Program-made: the position numbers and the translations under genes
DNA from: Geosiphon pyriformis uo1
Taxonomy: Eukaryota; Fungi; Glomeromycota
Direction of reading: 5' to 3'
NCBI GenBank assembly: GCA_016748015.1
Contig: JAAOMT010000659.1
Span: forward strand, 62,001-126,000
Length of the DNA stretch: 64,000 bases
Shown here: positions 59,794 through 64,000 of the stretch, in pieces
How positions within the stretch are numbered: the stretch's first letter is position 1
Layout: each line of letters opens with the position of its first letter
The notes under the pieces: generated by a model
The model's input: the letters and a program-made list of their open reading frames with translations, nothing else
Told to the model about the DNA's origin: nothing
The model's database searches: none

Positions 59794-60985
59794 TCAACAA
59801 CTTCAATAACATTTTTGTCAGTAAAAATAAATTTGGCAAAACTGATATTATTTAACATTAGATCAAAACTGGAAATACAATATTAATTAAACAGAAAACA
59901 TACTGAATACTACTAGTAAGCCATAAAATTATTTGACAAGAAATCAATCAGATGTTAGACAATGGATTAATCCAACCATCAATGAGTCTATAATTATCAT
60001 CAATAGTACTAGTTCATAAAAAAAATAGAAAAATCTGCTTTTGTGTGGATTACCAAAAACTTAATAAAATAACAAAGAGAAATAACTATCTAATCCCAAA
60101 AATCTAAGAACTTTTTGATGTTTTTGGAGGAAAAAAATGGTTCTCAACTTTAGACTTAAACAGTAGTTACTGGCAAGTAGCCATGAAACCAGAAGATAAG
60201 AAAAAAATGGCTTTTACAACCCAAGAAAAAAATTTTGAATTTGAAGTTATGCTTTTTGGCTTAATGAATGCTCTAGCCATATTTTAATGGCTCATGAAAA
60301 TTGTCTACACTGGACTACTGAGGAAGTTAATAGTTGTTTATTTAGATAACACCAATGTGTTCTCTAAGACATTTAATAATCATTTATACTATCTTCAACA
60401 AGTATTTGAAAGACTAAAAAGAGCCAGATTAAAGTTAAATGCCACCAAATGCTTTTTTGGCAAAACGGAATTAAAATTTTTGGAAGATGTTGTGAGCAAA
60501 GATAGAATCAAGACAGATTCAGACAAAATTGAGATAGTTAAAAACTTCTTAGTACTAATTAATTTGACCAAACTACAAGCATTTTTAGGATTTGTGGGTT
60601 ACTATCACTAATTCATTAAAGACTTTTCCAAACTGGCTTAACTATTACACCAGCTTCAAACAAAGAACACCAAATATAAATGGATAGAAAACCAGCAAAA
60701 AGCTTTTAATACATTAAGAAGAAAGCTTATTCAAGTTTCAGTACTAATCTATTTAGATCATAGCAAGCTATTTATAATTACAACTAATACATCAAGTCAA
60801 GCATTGGAAGCAGTACTATCTCAAAAAAGACCAGATGGAAAAAAACATTCAATAATATATACTAGTTGTAGCTTGAATCCAACAGAAAAAAATTATAGAA
60901 CACTAGCACTAAAACACTTAGCAATTTATTGAACAGTTATGGAATAGAAGAAATACTTAAGCCAAAAATTTAACATATATACCAA

Positions 60986-63900
60986 CCAAATTTTTTTTTC
61001 TGGTTTGAATTCTTTAAATTCAATTTTGTACTTATTATTTTTATTAAATAGAAGAATATTAAGTGTATAACATTTTAAATATCATTAATTATTATAAAAC
61101 ATGATATATTTTTAATATAATTGAATGTTTATTTGCTTTAATTGTTAAATTAAGCTTTTTTAATTAAATAATTATGATTTGTAATTTGGTAATAAGTTTT
61201 TACTTTATTTTTATAATCAAATCCAGTTAATTTATTATGTATTTAATGTATTTTGCTTCTTTTATCTGGTAAACATTTTCCTAAGTAGCTTTATTAATTA
61301 AAATTATAATAAAATTATAAATTATTTTAATATTATATGAGTAATAATAGAGTTTGTTAAAGATGCTATTATATACTGCATTAAAAGATGTTTTTTTTTT
61401 AACTTTTTTGGAAATCAATAGAATATATTAACAAGTTTAGTTATAAATATTTTTTTATTGTAATTTTAATCCAATAATATTTTTTTAATAGTAATTTTCT
61501 ACATATAAAACAGAATGTTTTATCCTATTTTTCACTTTGTTTTGGGCTGTTAAATCGTTTTTAATAACAGATTCTACAATAATAGCAAGTGTAAGTTTTA
61601 TATTTTTTTTAATAATATACAAACTTCTACTAATAACAGTTTTTTGTTGCAATTTTTATACTTAAATAAGATATAAAATAGTTGTTTTCTTGGTTTTAGT
61701 TTGAAATAATGAACAATGTTTTAACTACTGATTTTCTTAAAAATTTTTTGTTCAGTTTTTTCAGTTTAATTAAATGTTAATTTAAAAGTTATTTAAGTTT
61801 TGATAATTGGTTTTTTTTCTCTTTTTTCAAATTTAAATACAGAAGTTTTTTTAGATTGTTTGTTAAAAATACCACAAATAACAAGTATTCAAATATATTG
61901 TTCTTAATATGAGATTTTTAATTTTTGTGTTTTTTAATCTAAATTAATTTTGGTCTTGAAAAATCAATTGTTTTTAACAAAAACTTAGTATTAAAATACA
62001 TTTATAATAAGAATTTTAATTAGAAAAATAATTCTATTGATTATAAATAAAAAGTTGTTAATTTCTTTAATTAAAGTTTTTTTTATATTATTGGCTATAA
62101 TAATAACTGTTTGGACAAATTTATTAATATTTTACTTAAATTGTTATATTAATTAGTAGATAATAATGCTTTTGGCAAATTTACTGTTTAAAATCAATCA
62201 AATAGTTTTTCTTTTAATTTCTGTTTTTGTATACATAACAATAATTGCTTTTTGTTTTATAATAACTGTATTATTAAGCAAAAATAATGATTTGTTGGCT
62301 TCAAATTCAAATAGAAAAATATCAAAAAGATTGGTATTTTTAGTAATTTTTGTAAATAGAATTGTGTGATTAGAAGAGTTTGGTTTTGTTGCTGCAATTT
62401 TATTTTTAAAAAGTACAGTTTATTGAAAATTTGATTCTTTTAACATTGTAAAATAACTTAGTTGAGTATAATAATATGTGGGTCTTTGTTAAACTGAATT
62501 TTAAAAAATTAATTAGTTGTTAAGATTAAATTTGTTGTTATTTATTATAAATTGGTTTTGTTAAATTAATTTTCAAACAAATATTTTATATTATTAAACA
62601 AATAATAATTGTTGATATTATTGTTAAATCAATTATAAAGCAGATTAATAGTAATTGTTCTAATATTAAAATCTTAAAAAGTGATAAACAGATAATAAAA
62701 ATTAATAATAGAATTACAATAGTAAAACATAATATTAATTATTTTTGTTTTGTTAATCTTGTTGTAATTTTTTACAGTCTTATTTTCAGTGTTCTGAAAT
62801 TTTACAATAATAATAGTTTTAAAATTGGTTGTTAGATAATGATAATATTACTTATAGAAAAAATACAAGAAAAAAAGTAAAAAAAACAAATAAAAAAATA
62901 GACCAATAAGAGAATAGTACTTAGTAAATAAGCACAATATTAAAAAATTATAACATATTACTTAGCAATAGACACATTATTAATGAATTATAACATACTA
63001 TTCAGCAATGAGCACATTGTCAAAAAATTATGACATATTGTTTAGCAAAGAACATATTATCAAAAAAATGCAAAATCTTGTATAACAAGAATTATTTATA
63101 TATAATAAGAATGTTAGAAGCAGAAAAGACAGAATTGATCCAAAAAAATTAGTTAAAACTTATTAATTATTCAATATCTCTTCTTTTAAAAAGTAGTTTT
63201 TTATAACTTAAAGTAGAATTAAACCACATATTAATAAAATATTGATTATTATCTGAATTCATATTATCATTACTTGATTAAAAAATATTAATTAATTCCA
63301 TTCTATTAATACTCTATATTGATACAATTCAATACTTAATCACACTAAACCAATAGCTCTTGATAATACCTATTAATAGGATATTAATTTTTTATTTTTT
63401 TTTATTTTTTTTTATTTTTTTTTATTTAGTTTCTTTGTTGTTTGCTAATTAACTAAAGAGATTAAGTATTAAATAATTTGATGTCAAAAATAGCCTGGTA
63501 AAAAACCTGAAAATAAGAGTAGAAATTTAAAAATAGCTTACCAAAAGGGGATGACTATCAGAATAAACTGGTTATCACACTAAATAAAAAAATTCATGAA
63601 GAAATCATCAATTAAATTTCTGTTCATTATACAAAAAACTCAACCAAAATCTTTAGACTTCAAAAATCTTTAGAAATTACCAATACCAATAGCTATTGAG
63701 CATTCAATTACAGATTTGTTATTTGTTTCAACACTTCAAATAATCATCTGTAACAATAGATAGTTATTTTGATTGTATTATTAAAATAACTGGTATCTTT
63801 ATTGTTGCTGTTATTGTTAATTGATAAAATAATTCTTAATTTTCTTGGTTAATTAGTCAATTTTTTTTTTCTGTTAAGCTGGTTTTTCTAATTGTAAGAT

Positions 63901-64000
63901 TAATAAGTTTGGTATAGTTGGTTTTTTTTATAACTATTTTATAGACTTTTGTATATTGAATAGCAGTGGCTAAATTTTTTGAAATATGTGAATAAACTTT
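60986..64000 (-). mobile_element. Highly decayed second family-C internal fragment (gag C-term, protease, Cys-rich region)
   Basis: Colinear with 20495-21871 plus 32611-33380, with most G/C converted to A/T. Confidence 0.85.
62846..63755 (+). repeat. Solo LTR type A1-like
   Basis: T(A)TTACTT..GTAACA ends; TSD ATAA/ATAG; shared R/U5 blocks. Confidence 0.88.

Larger units (their letters stand above)
43343..60985 (+). mobile_element. Older family-A Ty3/Gypsy element, 3'-truncated, host of two nested insertions
   Basis: 5' LTR split into 43343-43396 and 53416-54112; PBS 54115-54131; gag ~54177-55860; protease ~56450-56820; Cys-rich region; dUTPase ~57950-58345; RT ~59880-60620; RNase H breaks off ~60985. 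Confidence 0.88.

Overview
Very AT-rich eukaryotic repeat region, probably fungal (Glomeromycotina-like by recollection of the protein families; not verifiable here). No intact host gene is visible. About 90% of the window is a nest of decayed Ty3/Gypsy LTR retrotransposons with at least five LTR types (labelled A-E here). They have TG..CA ends, 4-bp target-site duplications (TSDs), a shared primer binding site (PBS) TGGTGCTCYCTGTGAGG, and heavy C>T/G>A decay. The nest contains one structurally complete 10-kb element (43397-53415), several interrupted or deleted elements, five solo LTRs and a 3-kb non-autonomous mosaic element. Families A, C and D have a single gag-pol frame with a Cys-rich domain and a dUTPase between protease and RT. 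Families A, B and D share a previously unannotated ORF3 after integrase. The LTRs carry a copy of the primer-tRNA 3' end that can fold over the PBS, plus boxes complementary to the anticodon arm of elongator tRNA-Met. Between 35.5 and 43.3 kb lie a young, CpG-intact 1.5-kb TIR element with a non-transposase gene and a 75-bp repeat array, and two inverted copies of an IS630/Tc1-like DDE transposon.
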